Assembly (NCBI GenBank): GCA_037131105.1 | Contig: JBAXRQ010000001.1 | Coordinates: 258,039-322,038 of the forward strand | Length of the DNA: 64,000 bases | Source: a bacterium | Lineage (GTDB): Bacteria > Patescibacteriota > UBA1384 > CAILIB01 | Reading direction: 5' to 3' | Shown here: one piece after another, positions 54,330 through 63,910 of the stretch | How the letters are laid out: the number at the start of each line of letters is the position of its first letter | Position numbering within the stretch: position 1 is the stretch's first letter | The notes under the pieces: generated by a model | Seen by the model: the letters and a program-made list of their open reading frames with translations, nothing else | Told to the model about the DNA's origin: nothing | Databases searched by the model: none | Program-made: the position numbers and the translations under genes

Positions 54330-54968
54330 ATGTCCGAACCACGCCACGTTATTCACATCCGTATCCGCGACCTGCGCCGCGAGCGGGCCCTGACCCAGGA
54401 GGAGCTGGCCGAGGCCCTGGGCCTTTCCCGCCAGTCCATCAACGCCATGGAGGCCGGCCGTTGCTTGCCTTCCTTGCCGGTCGCCCTGCAGATCGCCTCG
54501 TACTTCTCGGTGCCCCTCGGCACTATCTTCGGAGTGGACGAACGCAGCGCCATGACCTCTGCCCTGATTCCCTGGACGCCACTGCGCGACCTACGTGAGT
54601 CATTGGCCGGACTTGAGGACGAACGACTGCGCTGGCTGCCGGCACCCACCCCCATCCTTCCCACCGCCAACCTGCGCCAGGACGAGCACAGCATCCAGAT
54701 AGAGCTTTGCCTGCCCGGCTACCGCAAAGAGGATCTGGCCATCGAGGTGGGCGAGGACTTCGTGACTGTGGCCGGACAGCCCAGCTTCACTGAGATCGAC
54801 TCATATATGCGCCAGGAGTTCATGCTGCAGGAGTTCCAGCGCACCATCTCATTGCCTTCCTCTGTGTACTCTGACCGGGCCGAGGCTAAGATGGAGGATG
54901 GTATCCTGCGCATTACCGTGCCGCGTCGGGAAGAGCGTTCCCGCAGCTCCCGCATTACTATTAGCTAG
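54330..54968 (+). CDS. XRE-family HTH domain fused to Hsp20/alpha-crystallin domain
   Basis: The N-terminal LTQEELAEALGLSRQSINAMEAG is an HTH_XRE. The C-terminal IQIELCLPGYRKEDLAIEV...DGILRITVPR is an alpha-crystallin domain. Confidence 0.6.
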   Translation: MSEPRHVIHIRIRDLRRERALTQEELAEALGLSRQSINAMEAGRCLPSLPVALQIASYFSVPLGTIFGVDERSAMTSALIPWTPLRDLRESLAGLEDERLRWLPAPTPILPTANLRQDEHSIQIELCLPGYRKEDLAIEVGEDFVTVAGQPSFTEIDSYMRQEFMLQEFQRTISLPSSVYSDRAEAKMEDGILRITVPRREERSRSSRITIS

Positions 54969-54971
54969 AAT

Positions 54972-55940
54972 ATGAAGAAGACTTCGCCTGTCATGGATCG
55001 GCTGAAGTCTCTCTGGCCTTGGGGCATTATTATCATCTCGATAGGCGTCGGCCTGGGCCTCAGCGGCTACCAGCTTGTTCAGCATGTAAGGGCCTTGGCT
55101 AGCGCCAGTGAGCTTTCCCGCTACCAAAAGTTCCCGGCCCTCAAGTCCACCGACCGTATAACCATAGTCTCACCCCATCTGGACGATGAGACCCTGGGAT
55201 TGGGAGGCTTCGTGGCCCAGGCCCGGCAGCAGGGGATACCGGTTTCCGTGATATTTATGACTAATGGCGACGACTTTTCCTTCGGAGCCGACCTGGAGCT
55301 GGGCACCGGCTATCCTACTCCCCAGAAGCTGCTGGCCTACGGGGCCAAACGTCAGGATGAGGCGCTGGCCGCCACCGCCAAGCTGGGCATTGATCCCAAG
55401 GACGTCTATTTCCTTGGGCTTCCCGACCGGGGGCTTAAGGTACTATTGGACAAGAAGGATGGTACAAGTCTTGTTACCTCCAGTGGTACCCTTGAAAATC
55501 ACTCTCCGTACGCCCGTTCGTATGTCCCAAATCTACCGTATAGTCGCAATGCCTTGGAAGCTGCCCTGGCCAAGGCAGTAAACGCGACCAGTCCCACCGA
55601 GGTCTTTACTACGCTTCCGGACGACGTGCATACCGACCATGCATCCACTGCCCAGTTTGTCATGCAGATCTCCTCGAAGTTGTCGTCGGCACCGAAGCTC
55701 TACTTCTTCCTCATTCATTATCCTAAGTTCCCTAATCCCAAGGGTAGCGACAGCAGCTACCCCTTGCTGCCTCCAGACAAGCTGAAGGACCGGCAGTGGC
55801 AGGTGATCAGTCTGTCGGCTGAAGATGTTGATCTTAAAACCAGCGCGCTGGAGCTGTATGCTAGCCAGCTGATGGTGCCGTTCTCGGGCAAGGGGCTGCG
55901 GGCGTTCGTACGGCAGAACGAACTGGTGCTGCCCAAATAA
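54972..55940 (+). CDS. PIG-L/LmbE-family N-acetylglucosaminyl deacetylase, membrane anchored
   Basis: VSPHLDDETLG motif (HxDD) and an N-terminal TM. Confidence 0.65.
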   Translation: MKKTSPVMDRLKSLWPWGIIIISIGVGLGLSGYQLVQHVRALASASELSRYQKFPALKSTDRITIVSPHLDDETLGLGGFVAQARQQGIPVSVIFMTNGDDFSFGADLELGTGYPTPQKLLAYGAKRQDEALAATAKLGIDPKDVYFLGLPDRGLKVLLDKKDGTSLVTSSGTLENHSPYARSYVPNLPYSRNALEAALAKAVNATSPTEVFTTLPDDVHTDHASTAQFVMQISSKLSSAPKLYFFLIHYPKFPNPKGSDSSYPLLPPDKLKDRQWQVISLSAEDVDLKTSALELYASQLMVPFSGKGLRAFVRQNELVLPK

Positions 55941-55994
55941 CACCTTTCAGCCGCCCATGTGAATGGGCGGCTGGGTCAAAACGTGCTGCCCCGC

Positions 55995-56981
55995 TTATGG
56001 AGTCGCACTTGGAGTCGTGTTTGCAGACGGAATGTGGGTCTGGGGGTTATGCCGTTTCGCCTCTATTTGTTCAGACGTAGGCAGTAGCAGGTCGGTGATG
56101 ACACCGAGCTTGGAAAGCGTCCAGATCACATACCATGAGAGGTCGGGCTGCCACCAGTAGACACTGTGTCTGACCGAATAGGCCATGGAGTGGTGGATGC
56201 GGTGCCCGCCTTCTCCAGCGGCTACGAGCATAACCCAGAAGTTATCCGTGCTCTGGTCTCCTTTGCTGCTGGTAAACTCACGCCTACCAAACAGGTGGCA
56301 GATTGAGTTGACGGCAAAGGTCGACTGATGGGTCAGGCCTAATGCCATCAAAGAAAGGAGAATGCCAACTGGTCCAAATAACAGGTAGGCAAAAACAAAT
56401 CGTAGCAGTAGCCACCAGAAGTAGGTACGGTCCATGAAGAGCACAAGCCGGTCCTTGTCGAGGTCCCTTTTGTACTGCTGGATGACGCTTGGATAATTAA
56501 TCCTGAACATCCAGCCGACGTGCGCGTGCCAGAACCCTTTCCAGAAATTGTCCCATCCATGGTGGGGACTGTGCGGGTCACCCTCAATGTCGCTGAAGGC
56601 GTGGTGTTTCCGGTGTGAAGCCACCCAGGAGATAGCCGGTCCCTCAGCTGACGTATTTGCCAATGCCAGGATAAGGAACTTGAATATCAGGCCGGGAATA
56701 CCCTTTGGCTTGAAGCCGCTATGGGTAAGAAAGCGATGCAGGCCGATCGTCACGCCCAGACAGCCAAGCTGCCAGGTAACAATGAGAAAAGCTAGCTCTG
56801 CGAGGGCAATGCCGTTCACGCAGAAATAAACGGTTCCAAGAAGCAATGCGGCAAAGGGGGCGAATACCACCACTGCAGCCAGCACCTTGAAGTTTCTGCT
56901 TAGAAAACGACGGATGGATAGACTCTTCTGAATGTTCTTCCATCGTTTTTGTATTTTCAGAGTCCAGTTTTGAGATTTCAT
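55995..56981 (-). CDS. membrane fatty-acid (acyl-CoA/acyl-lipid delta-9-type) desaturase
   Basis: Three His boxes: HRFLTH, HRKHH and HRIHH. 4 TM helices. Confidence 0.65.
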   Translation of the reverse strand: MKSQNWTLKIQKRWKNIQKSLSIRRFLSRNFKVLAAVVVFAPFAALLLGTVYFCVNGIALAELAFLIVTWQLGCLGVTIGLHRFLTHSGFKPKGIPGLIFKFLILALANTSAEGPAISWVASHRKHHAFSDIEGDPHSPHHGWDNFWKGFWHAHVGWMFRINYPSVIQQYKRDLDKDRLVLFMDRTYFWWLLLRFVFAYLLFGPVGILLSLMALGLTHQSTFAVNSICHLFGRREFTSSKGDQSTDNFWVMLVAAGEGGHRIHHSMAYSVRHSVYWWQPDLSWYVIWTLSKLGVITDLLLPTSEQIEAKRHNPQTHIPSANTTPSATP

Positions 56982-57114
56982 GTATTCCTCCGACTGGCAA
57001 GCTTAGGGAGCTTGTTCCAGTTCAGAAAAAGTATAGCACAAATCTTATGCTTGGCATGGTGCAGCGGCTTCCTGAGCTGCTATAGTGAATACGCACTAGT
57101 AAGTAACGATTCCC

Positions 57115-57492
57115 ATGGACTCAGCCGCTATCCAGAAACGCCTCGACCTGCTCGAGAAGTCAGAAGCCGAATTCAAGACCAAGAAGGATATGTTGAACGA
57201 CAGCCTGAAGAGTGACGAGGAGCTTATCACCCTTGAGGACAAGATGAAGGACGCCCGCCAGCGCTATACCGCCCAGAAGCAGGCCTTGCTCAATGAGCCT
57301 GAGAATCGCAAGCTGATGGACGACCTGAAGGACCTGACCCAGGAGATCAAGGACACCAAAAAGCTGCTGGGCGACGAGCTCATCGCCTATTTCATGAAGA
57401 ACCAGACCTTGGAGTATGTAACGCCCTCCGGTGAGAAGAAGCGCTTCTCGGTATCTGCCAAGTTTGTCCGCGGGAAGGAAGACGGGGAGTAA
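57115..57492 (+). CDS. hypothetical coiled-coil protein
   Basis: 125 aa, highly charged, heptad-like repeats. Confidence 0.4.
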   Translation: MDSAAIQKRLDLLEKSEAEFKTKKDMLNDSLKSDEELITLEDKMKDARQRYTAQKQALLNEPENRKLMDDLKDLTQEIKDTKKLLGDELIAYFMKNQTLEYVTPSGEKKRFSVSAKFVRGKEDGE

Positions 57493-57639
57493 TCCGTTGC
57501 CGGGGAGAGGATAATCTGGTAAGGTAGGATGGACTCAAGCGATCTTCCCGTGTAGTTTTATAAAAGTCGGGGCAATATCCGACTGTAAAGTCTGTCTTCG
57601 ACAGATTTTGACAGCCGTTGTTGCCCCGATTGAAAATCA

Positions 57640-57716
57640 GGGCAATTAGCTCAGGTGGTTAGAGCGCCACATTGACATTGTGGAGGTCACTGGTTCGAGT
57701 CCAGTATTGCCCACCA
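57640..57716 (+). tRNA. tRNA-Val (anticodon GAC)
   Basis: Cloverleaf GGGCAATTAGCTCAGGTGGTTAGAGCGCCACATTGACATTGTGGAGGTCACTGGTTCGAGTCCAGTATTGCCCACCA. Confidence 0.9.
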
Positions 57717-57752
57717 AGAGAAAAGACAGGTCTTCGGACCTGTCTTTTCTCT
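57717..57752 (+). terminator. intrinsic terminator after tRNA-Val
   Basis: agagaaaagacaggtcttcggacctgtcttttctct. Confidence 0.6.
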
Positions 57753-57756
57753 TGTG

Positions 57757-57850
57757 TCCGCAGTAGCGGACTCGAAACCATTGGTTCGCTCGCGCTCCTG
57801 CGCTCGGGCAGGAAGCGTTGCAATCGTTCGCCTAGCGAACAGAAGCAAGT
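57757..57850. repeat. REP-like element (copy E8)
   Basis: Contains gttcgctcgcgctcctgcgctcgggcaggaagcg and gttcgcctagcgaac hairpins. Confidence 0.4.
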
Positions 57851-58161
57851 CCAGTTTTTCACTGCTATCAAAGCAGCGAATTAACGCCTGTCAAAATCAG
57901 TGAAACTGACTTGACTGGCGGATATTGCCCACCAAACTGGACATACATCAGGTTAAACCCTGCAAAAGAGAGCCCTTTCCGGGCTCATTTTTTGTGCTTG
58001 TTCAACCTTCCTCGGGTTCAAGTGCTCGATATTGCATAAGGGGGTCTTTGGTATTACCCTGTACATAATTTGAACGCATAATATTTATCGAACACCAGAA
58101 TAATACTTGACAAATATATCGCAAGATGTACACTTAACATGTACACATTAAATACTTCTCT

Positions 58162-58452
58162 ATGGCAAAGCTCTTGTCCCTTGTCGAGGCGCGGAACAAC
58201 CTGAGCAGTCTTGTCGATGACGTTTCGGAGAACAATACCCGCGTAGTCATCCAGAAGCGGGGCAGGGACAAGGTCGTGATGATCAGCGCGGACGACTACC
58301 TGCGCTCCATTACCCCTGTCGACCCACTTTTTGCAGAGTCGCGCAGACAGGCAGCCCTAAGCGGTTCGAATGACCTCGGGGGGTCTGAGATTGAGGCAGA
58401 GATACGAGCTGCCCGGAGAGAGCTCAGCCGGTCAGGAAAGAGCAATGGCTGA
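58162..58452 (+). CDS. Phd/YefM-family antitoxin
   Basis: SLVEARNNLSSLVDDV...VVIQKRGRDKVVMISADDY. Confidence 0.6.
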   Translation: MAKLLSLVEARNNLSSLVDDVSENNTRVVIQKRGRDKVVMISADDYLRSITPVDPLFAESRRQAALSGSNDLGGSEIEAEIRAARRELSRSGKSNG

Positions 58453-58855
58453 TATTGTCCTCGACACGAATGTCCTGGTTTCAGCCTTTCTTTCTTCCCA
58501 TATCTCGCCGCCGTCCCTTTGTTTGGATATGGTGTTTTCAGGCTCCCACAGGCTTGTCGTTTCTGACAGGATTATTGCAGAATACCGGGAGGTCCTTAAG
58601 CGACCCAAGTTCTCAATAGATCCTAAGATCCTCAAATCATTCTTTGCACGCCTGCCGGACCACAGCACGTACGTGAGTCCTGAGAAGTACTTCACGCTTT
58701 GCCAGGACCCGGATGACAATATCTTCCTGGACGCAGCCTTTGCTGGGAAGGCCGCTTACTTGGTGACGGGCAACCTTCGGCACTTTCCCCAGGTTACGAG
58801 CTTCACCCACATTGTCTCTGCCAAGAAGTTCATAGATTTTCAGGCGATGACGTAA
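58445..58855 (+). CDS. PIN-domain toxin (VapC-like)
   Basis: Start MADIVLDTNVLV. Conserved acidic residues. 8-nt overlap (ATGGCTGA) with the antitoxin. Confidence 0.6.
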   Translation: MADIVLDTNVLVSAFLSSHISPPSLCLDMVFSGSHRLVVSDRIIAEYREVLKRPKFSIDPKILKSFFARLPDHSTYVSPEKYFTLCQDPDDNIFLDAAFAGKAAYLVTGNLRHFPQVTSFTHIVSAKKFIDFQAMT

Positions 58856-58914
58856 GTGTAGTGTCCTTGTCCATGAGATGCCCACCAGTACAGTGGCCTG
58901 CTTATGAGGTTGGC

Positions 58915-59619
58915 CTAAGGAACTAACTTTCCGTTCTGGTACGTGAACGTAAACGTTTTTGCCTTCGAAGGATGGTGATAGTCACCGTCGGCCCCGGTCA
59001 CCTTTGCCTTAACTACGACTTTCCCTTTTTCAAGGCTGACACTATCTACAGTGGCATGGTCGTCCAGTGCGACATCTGCTAGCTGCGAATTGCCGTGCCC
59101 CTGGTTCTCCTGGGTAAGGAACACAATGGGAAGGCTGAGGTTGGCGCCGTATCCCCGATATATGACTACTGCGGTCGCGCAGGTGTTGTCGCTCAGCGTG
59201 CCATCTGTAGTTGAGATGTACGAGTAGTAGGGCGTTGCTGTGCTGTCCAGGGGAGTAGTGACTGAGGCTGATCCGTTTGCCAGGCTGAAGTGAATCCCCG
59301 TCGCATTATCTGCTGCCTTGTAATAATCAGCTGTGTCTGTGTAGTCGCCCTGCTTGAAGTCAAAGGTATGGCTGCAGGCTGTTGCTACTGGTGAAGTAGA
59401 TGGAGTCGGCGTGGACAGAGTGGCGATCTGTGTCTTTAAGCTGTCCACCTGCGCCTGCAGGGTGCTCTGGGAATCGGTACTCCGCTTATTCTGGATGGCA
59501 TAGGTGACGCCCCCAGCAAGGACAGCGGCAATGACTGCGGCAATTATAGTAGGTACTGCAGGGTTGTTTTTTCTCTCAAGGCCCAACTCACGTTGCGACT
59601 GACGTTCATGCTCTTCCAT
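58915..59619 (-). CDS. N-terminally anchored extracellular protein (paralog of 20273..20998)
   Basis: Conserved N-terminal 70 aa and a Thr/Ser-rich linker. Start chosen at MEEHER. Confidence 0.5.
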   Translation of the reverse strand: MEEHERQSQRELGLERKNNPAVPTIIAAVIAAVLAGGVTYAIQNKRSTDSQSTLQAQVDSLKTQIATLSTPTPSTSPVATACSHTFDFKQGDYTDTADYYKAADNATGIHFSLANGSASVTTPLDSTATPYYSYISTTDGTLSDNTCATAVVIYRGYGANLSLPIVFLTQENQGHGNSQLADVALDDHATVDSVSLEKGKVVVKAKVTGADGDYHHPSKAKTFTFTYQNGKLVP

Positions 59620-59712
59620 AGGATGGGTTAGGTGTTTCGGACCATGTATTACTAGTATATGTCTGGGAACGCCTAGGGACAAGAAGCCTGGCTCTCGGAT
59701 GGGGTCTTGTTA

Positions 59713-60570
59713 TTACTTCCCTTTCTTAGGCGTCAGGGTTTTGAAGCTGTCTAGTATAGTCCGTTGCCCCTTGGTGATGGAGGAGAGGCTTGAGGCTTCC
59801 AGGAAATTTACGAAATACAGCTGACTGGCGCCGGGCAGTACGATCTCCACGGTTTGATGTGAGGTGCCTGAAGACTGGGTCAGATAGGCCTTCTGCCCAG
59901 CCAGGCTGGTAGTGGAGATGGTGCCGTTGCTGGAAAGGGCCTCCGCCCAGGCCTGTGCCTGATCGGCGTGGGTACCTGACTCCAGGTAGGGCTTTACGTC
60001 CACCACTACTCCTGACAGGACGGTACCCAAAATGGTCACATGGTAGGCCTGGTTGTCACCGTAGGAGGTGGTGGCAGTGTTTGAGGTGCTGCCTGAGGAT
60101 GGGTCGCTGAAAGTAGTCTGGGTCCCGTTGGCCTGTACCGTCCAGCCCTTGGGATAGTCGAACTGGTAGTTGTGGCCGGTATCGGTGTAGCTAGCGGTGG
60201 CGATAGGGAGGTGCGCCTTCTGGAAGAGGGTATTCAAACGACCGGTCCTCCAGGTGAGATAGCCGACTCCCGCAATGGGGAGAATAAGAAGGAGGTAGAG
60301 TAGTGTCCGGGTGCGGCGTTTTCTCAGGCTCTTGGCCCGGAGTCGCTTGGCAAAGACATGATCAGAGCGCACGGCAATGAGACCTTGTTTGATGAGGGGC
60401 GGCTGCCAGCCCTTGGCGGCCAGGGTGGCGATGACCTGGGATTCGCTGTAGCCCTTCTCCAGTGAGGACTCGATGTAGGTGATGAGTGCCGTATTGACCA
60501 CACAGAATCTTACGGGTATCCGTTCATGCCAGTATACCACGGCAGGATTAACCGGATCCAAAAAAAACAA
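59713..60570 (-). CDS. single-pass membrane protein with Ser/Thr-rich ectodomain
   Basis: TM segment LLYLLLILPIAGVGYLTW. C-terminal S/T/Q-rich region. Confidence 0.4.
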   Translation of the reverse strand: MFFLDPVNPAVVYWHERIPVRFCVVNTALITYIESSLEKGYSESQVIATLAAKGWQPPLIKQGLIAVRSDHVFAKRLRAKSLRKRRTRTLLYLLLILPIAGVGYLTWRTGRLNTLFQKAHLPIATASYTDTGHNYQFDYPKGWTVQANGTQTTFSDPSSGSTSNTATTSYGDNQAYHVTILGTVLSGVVVDVKPYLESGTHADQAQAWAEALSSNGTISTTSLAGQKAYLTQSSGTSHQTVEIVLPGASQLYFVNFLEASSLSSITKGQRTILDSFKTLTPKKGK

Positions 60571-60594
60571 GGCACCGCTTGCGCGGCACCCTGT

Positions 60595-61392
60595 TCAATA
60601 TTTGACCGCCTCAATGATGACTTGGTCTCGATACTGCCCCGCTATGCTTCCCCGCAGGCCGCTCCGCGCCATGGCTTCCAGATGAGTGGATACTGGCAGG
60701 AACAGGCTCCAGTCATAGAGAAAATGGCGTATCCAGGCGTCACGGTCGGCAGCGTTCTGGCTCTCACCTATGGGTACCGCGAGCGCCAGTTCATGCAGTG
60801 CGTCCCTAACGGTTTCGCCGTCCTCTGGGAAGACATGGTCCATGTGCAGATACCTTCCATTTGGTATAAGGTGACGGGCGATATGGCCGTACCAATGATC
60901 AAGCTTATCCGGGAAATGATGGACGGTGAAGCGGGAGAGGGCGACGTCAAACAGATCTGGCTCGCTCCACTCTAGAAACTTCTGCTTGACCAGACGGAAC
61001 TCATCAGGAATTCGCAATGACCGGTACTGAGCACCGTTTGCCGGATCGATGCCGACATACTCCATGACCGGGTATCTTCCCAAAAGGGTCACCATTGATG
61101 CCATGGCACCAGTGGCGCAACCAGGTTCAAATACCCGGCTATCCTCGCAATGTCCCTGAGCAAGCTTTCCAAAGTCCTCAATAAGCCGCAAATAGCCGGG
61201 GTGGGCACGGCGAATGGCCCGGAATATCTCTATGGTCTGCAGTGAGTCAAAATACTCTATAACGTGGTCTTCATGCGAAACCATCACGGCCGCACCTCCT
61301 TTGATCTCGCCTATCCGGGCGGTCAGCTGCACTGTATCAGAAACGGGGATATTTTCAAGGCTCTGGCGGCTCATTCTTGCTTGGCAAGCCAT
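60595..61392 (-). CDS. class I SAM-dependent methyltransferase
   Basis: Motif I VFEPGCATGAM. Confidence 0.5.
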   Translation of the reverse strand: MACQARMSRQSLENIPVSDTVQLTARIGEIKGGAAVMVSHEDHVIEYFDSLQTIEIFRAIRRAHPGYLRLIEDFGKLAQGHCEDSRVFEPGCATGAMASMVTLLGRYPVMEYVGIDPANGAQYRSLRIPDEFRLVKQKFLEWSEPDLFDVALSRFTVHHFPDKLDHWYGHIARHLIPNGRYLHMDHVFPEDGETVRDALHELALAVPIGESQNAADRDAWIRHFLYDWSLFLPVSTHLEAMARSGLRGSIAGQYRDQVIIEAVKY

Positions 61393-61432
61393 TTTGCCAT
61401 ACCGTAAAGATATGACTTCCTCTCAATAAACA

Positions 61433-62023
61433 ATGTCAAAACCACTAGTAGTCTGGATAAACTGCTACGGTGCCTGGGATCCCGAGCACCGACCCAAGCT
61501 TGAAAATGACGGCTACGGAGAGTACCTGGACGGCGTGGTTGATCTGTTGCTGGCTCATAAGGACACCGTGTCGGCTGTGCATATCTCAGGGGGTATGTAC
61601 GACTCCCAGGGTAAGACCGAGTGCGAGACTACTATTCCTGAATTAGAGAAGCGGTTGGCTGCCAAGGGTGTCTCCGGGTGGGCGTTCATGGCTGACGAGC
61701 GAAGCGTGACCAGTATCAGCATAGTCCGCACGTTTCTGCAGGCATGGAAGAATGAGTATCCGGGCCATGATGCCTTGCTTGTCATCGACGAGGTCCGTTA
61801 TCCCACCAACGCCTACGCCCTTGAGTACCTGGCTGAAAAGATGGAGATGCAGATTCCTCCTAGCGACCAGGTTTTAGTATCCATACCAAGACCGGATACT
61901 CATCCTCACAGCACGCCTGAGTTCCAAGCCAAGAAGCTGGAAGAAATGAAAGAGAAGGGGGTAGAGGAAGTGGAGCGAGAGGGGATGGAGGCGCGCAAGG
62001 AGCACCTGACAAGAAAGTCCTAG
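61433..62023 (+). CDS. hypothetical protein
   Basis: 196 aa. No recognised motif. Confidence 0.35.
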   Translation: MSKPLVVWINCYGAWDPEHRPKLENDGYGEYLDGVVDLLLAHKDTVSAVHISGGMYDSQGKTECETTIPELEKRLAAKGVSGWAFMADERSVTSISIVRTFLQAWKNEYPGHDALLVIDEVRYPTNAYALEYLAEKMEMQIPPSDQVLVSIPRPDTHPHSTPEFQAKKLEEMKEKGVEEVEREGMEARKEHLTRKS

Positions 62024-62817
62024 ATATCCAGTTCAACACTTACCGGACAGTGGTCGGATCCCATTACCGCGGGATGGATGTCGGCGGCTTTCACCTTGTC
62101 CTTGAGGGCGGCAGATACTAGTACGTAGTCGATACGCCAGCCGACGTTCCGCTCTCTAGCGCCTCCGAAGTTACTCCACCAGGTATAGTAGCCATTTCCT
62201 TCTTTGAACATGCGCAGGGTGTCTACGAAGCCAGCGTCCAGGAAGGCCTGGAAGCCTGAGCGCTCCTCTAGAGTGAAGCCCTTTTTGCCCTTGTTTGGCT
62301 TGGGGTTGGCCAGGTCGAGCTCGGTATGGGCTACATTCAGGTCGCCGCAGAAGACTACGGGTTTGCTCTTCTCGAGCCTGACACAGTGCTCCAGGAAGGC
62401 CGGGTCCCAGTGCTGGTGGCGCAAGGGGATGCGGCTGAGATCGTCCTTGGCATTGGGGGTGTAGACGGTGACTACGTAAAAGTCTTTGTACTCGGCGGTC
62501 AGCACCCGGCCCTCGGTATTGGGGTCGCCGTAGCCGTCGTCGGTCATGTCGTACTTCTTCTGGATGTCCACGGGTATGCCATTGGCTATGGAAAGCGGCT
62601 TCTCCTTGCTGTAGATGGCTGTGCCGGAGTAGCCTTTCTTCTGGGCAGAGTTCCAGTATTCGATGTAGTCAGGCAGGTCGATGATGGCCTCGCCGGGCTG
62701 GGCCTTGGTCTCCTGCAGGCAGAGTATGTCTGGCTGTTCCTGTCGGATAAAGGGAAGGAAGGCGTCCTTGCGCAGGACGGCCCGGATGCCGTTGACGTTC
62801 CATGAGTAGATCTTCAT
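62020..62817 (-). CDS. xth: exodeoxyribonuclease III
   Basis: MKIYSWNVNGIRA...LQETK...GDLNVAH...SDHCPV EEP nuclease motifs. Confidence 0.85.
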   Translation of the reverse strand: MKIYSWNVNGIRAVLRKDAFLPFIRQEQPDILCLQETKAQPGEAIIDLPDYIEYWNSAQKKGYSGTAIYSKEKPLSIANGIPVDIQKKYDMTDDGYGDPNTEGRVLTAEYKDFYVVTVYTPNAKDDLSRIPLRHQHWDPAFLEHCVRLEKSKPVVFCGDLNVAHTELDLANPKPNKGKKGFTLEERSGFQAFLDAGFVDTLRMFKEGNGYYTWWSNFGGARERNVGWRIDYVLVSAALKDKVKAADIHPAVMGSDHCPVSVELDI

Positions 62818-63205
62818 AGGAATGGTTAGAGGTTCAGAGTAAAGCGTAGCATGTCAGGCGGAAATTGTCTTGGGATACAAAACCGCCCCGGCATCACAGA
62901 GGATGCGAGGGCGGGTAATGCTACTTACGCCACCGACATGGGCGTATCTGCTCGATGGTCAGCTAGGTGGCTGACCAGGCGGACAATGATACGTATGGTC
63001 GGTTTTGTGTCTGGCTTGCCGTTGGCAATCGCGGCTGCAGCTAGTGCAAACGCTATAAATATCTTTATAATTCCCCCATTACTGTGATCTGCTTTTATAC
63101 ACTAATCAGGGTAAAAAGTCAATCCCCCTGAGCTCCTCTTGCATTCTCTGTTCGCCAGGTCTTTACTGGTGGTGTGTTGAGTATTTTATCAGCTAGTCCT
63201 CATAT

Positions 63206-63619
63206 ATGGACGCTATTTCAGTGAATCTAGTAGCTGCCTTGGCAGCTGGTGTGGTCAGTATGGTCATTGGTGCGATCTGGTATTCGCCAGCAGTATTTGG
63301 CAAGATCTGGATGCGTGAGATCGGTATGAAGGAGACAGATGCTATGGCTGGTTCTGGTATGGCCCAGGCCTATGGGATCACCTTTGTTGGGGCTCTGCTG
63401 ATGGGCTACGTTACGGCTGTGGTGGTTCATTTTGCTGGTGCTAGTACGGCTATGGAAGGTCTTGAGGTCGGTCTGCTACTCTGGCTGGGCTTTGCAGTCA
63501 CTATCCCTCTTAACGACGTAGTGTTCGGCAAGAAGACTACCACGCTCTATATGCTCAATGCGGCGTATTATTTGGTTGTTCTGGGAATAAATGGCATTCT
63601 TCTCGCCCTCTGGAAATAG
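63206..63619 (+). CDS. DUF1761-like membrane protein
   Basis: 137 aa with 4 TM helices and an N-terminal GAIWYSP motif. Confidence 0.4.
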   Translation: MDAISVNLVAALAAGVVSMVIGAIWYSPAVFGKIWMREIGMKETDAMAGSGMAQAYGITFVGALLMGYVTAVVVHFAGASTAMEGLEVGLLLWLGFAVTIPLNDVVFGKKTTTLYMLNAAYYLVVLGINGILLALWK

Positions 63620-63910
63620 GCTGAGTCTTTCTGGCTGGTAGTTTTCCTCGTCAGGACTTCTGTTACTTGCTCAACGTGCAGAAGAGTACGCCTCGCTCCG
63701 CTACTCAGACCTTCCTTGAAAACTACCTAGCTAAAACGAACTCAAGCAAATAGAAATGGTTTGCATTAGGTGAAAAAGCGGGCTCTTGAAGCCCGCTTTT
63801 TCGTACCCTATTTTACTTCAGGCCCAAAAGTGGACTAGGCACCTTTTCCCGGGCCGGCTGCTGTCATATAATTGGTAGGCACCAACCTCACTAGCCTAAC
63901 AGGAGGACCT

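Noticed and set aside
62851-63087. 78-aa ORF between xth and the DUF1761-like gene
   Set aside because: No ribosome-binding site and unremarkable composition. The intergenic promoter region for divergent genes is more plausible.
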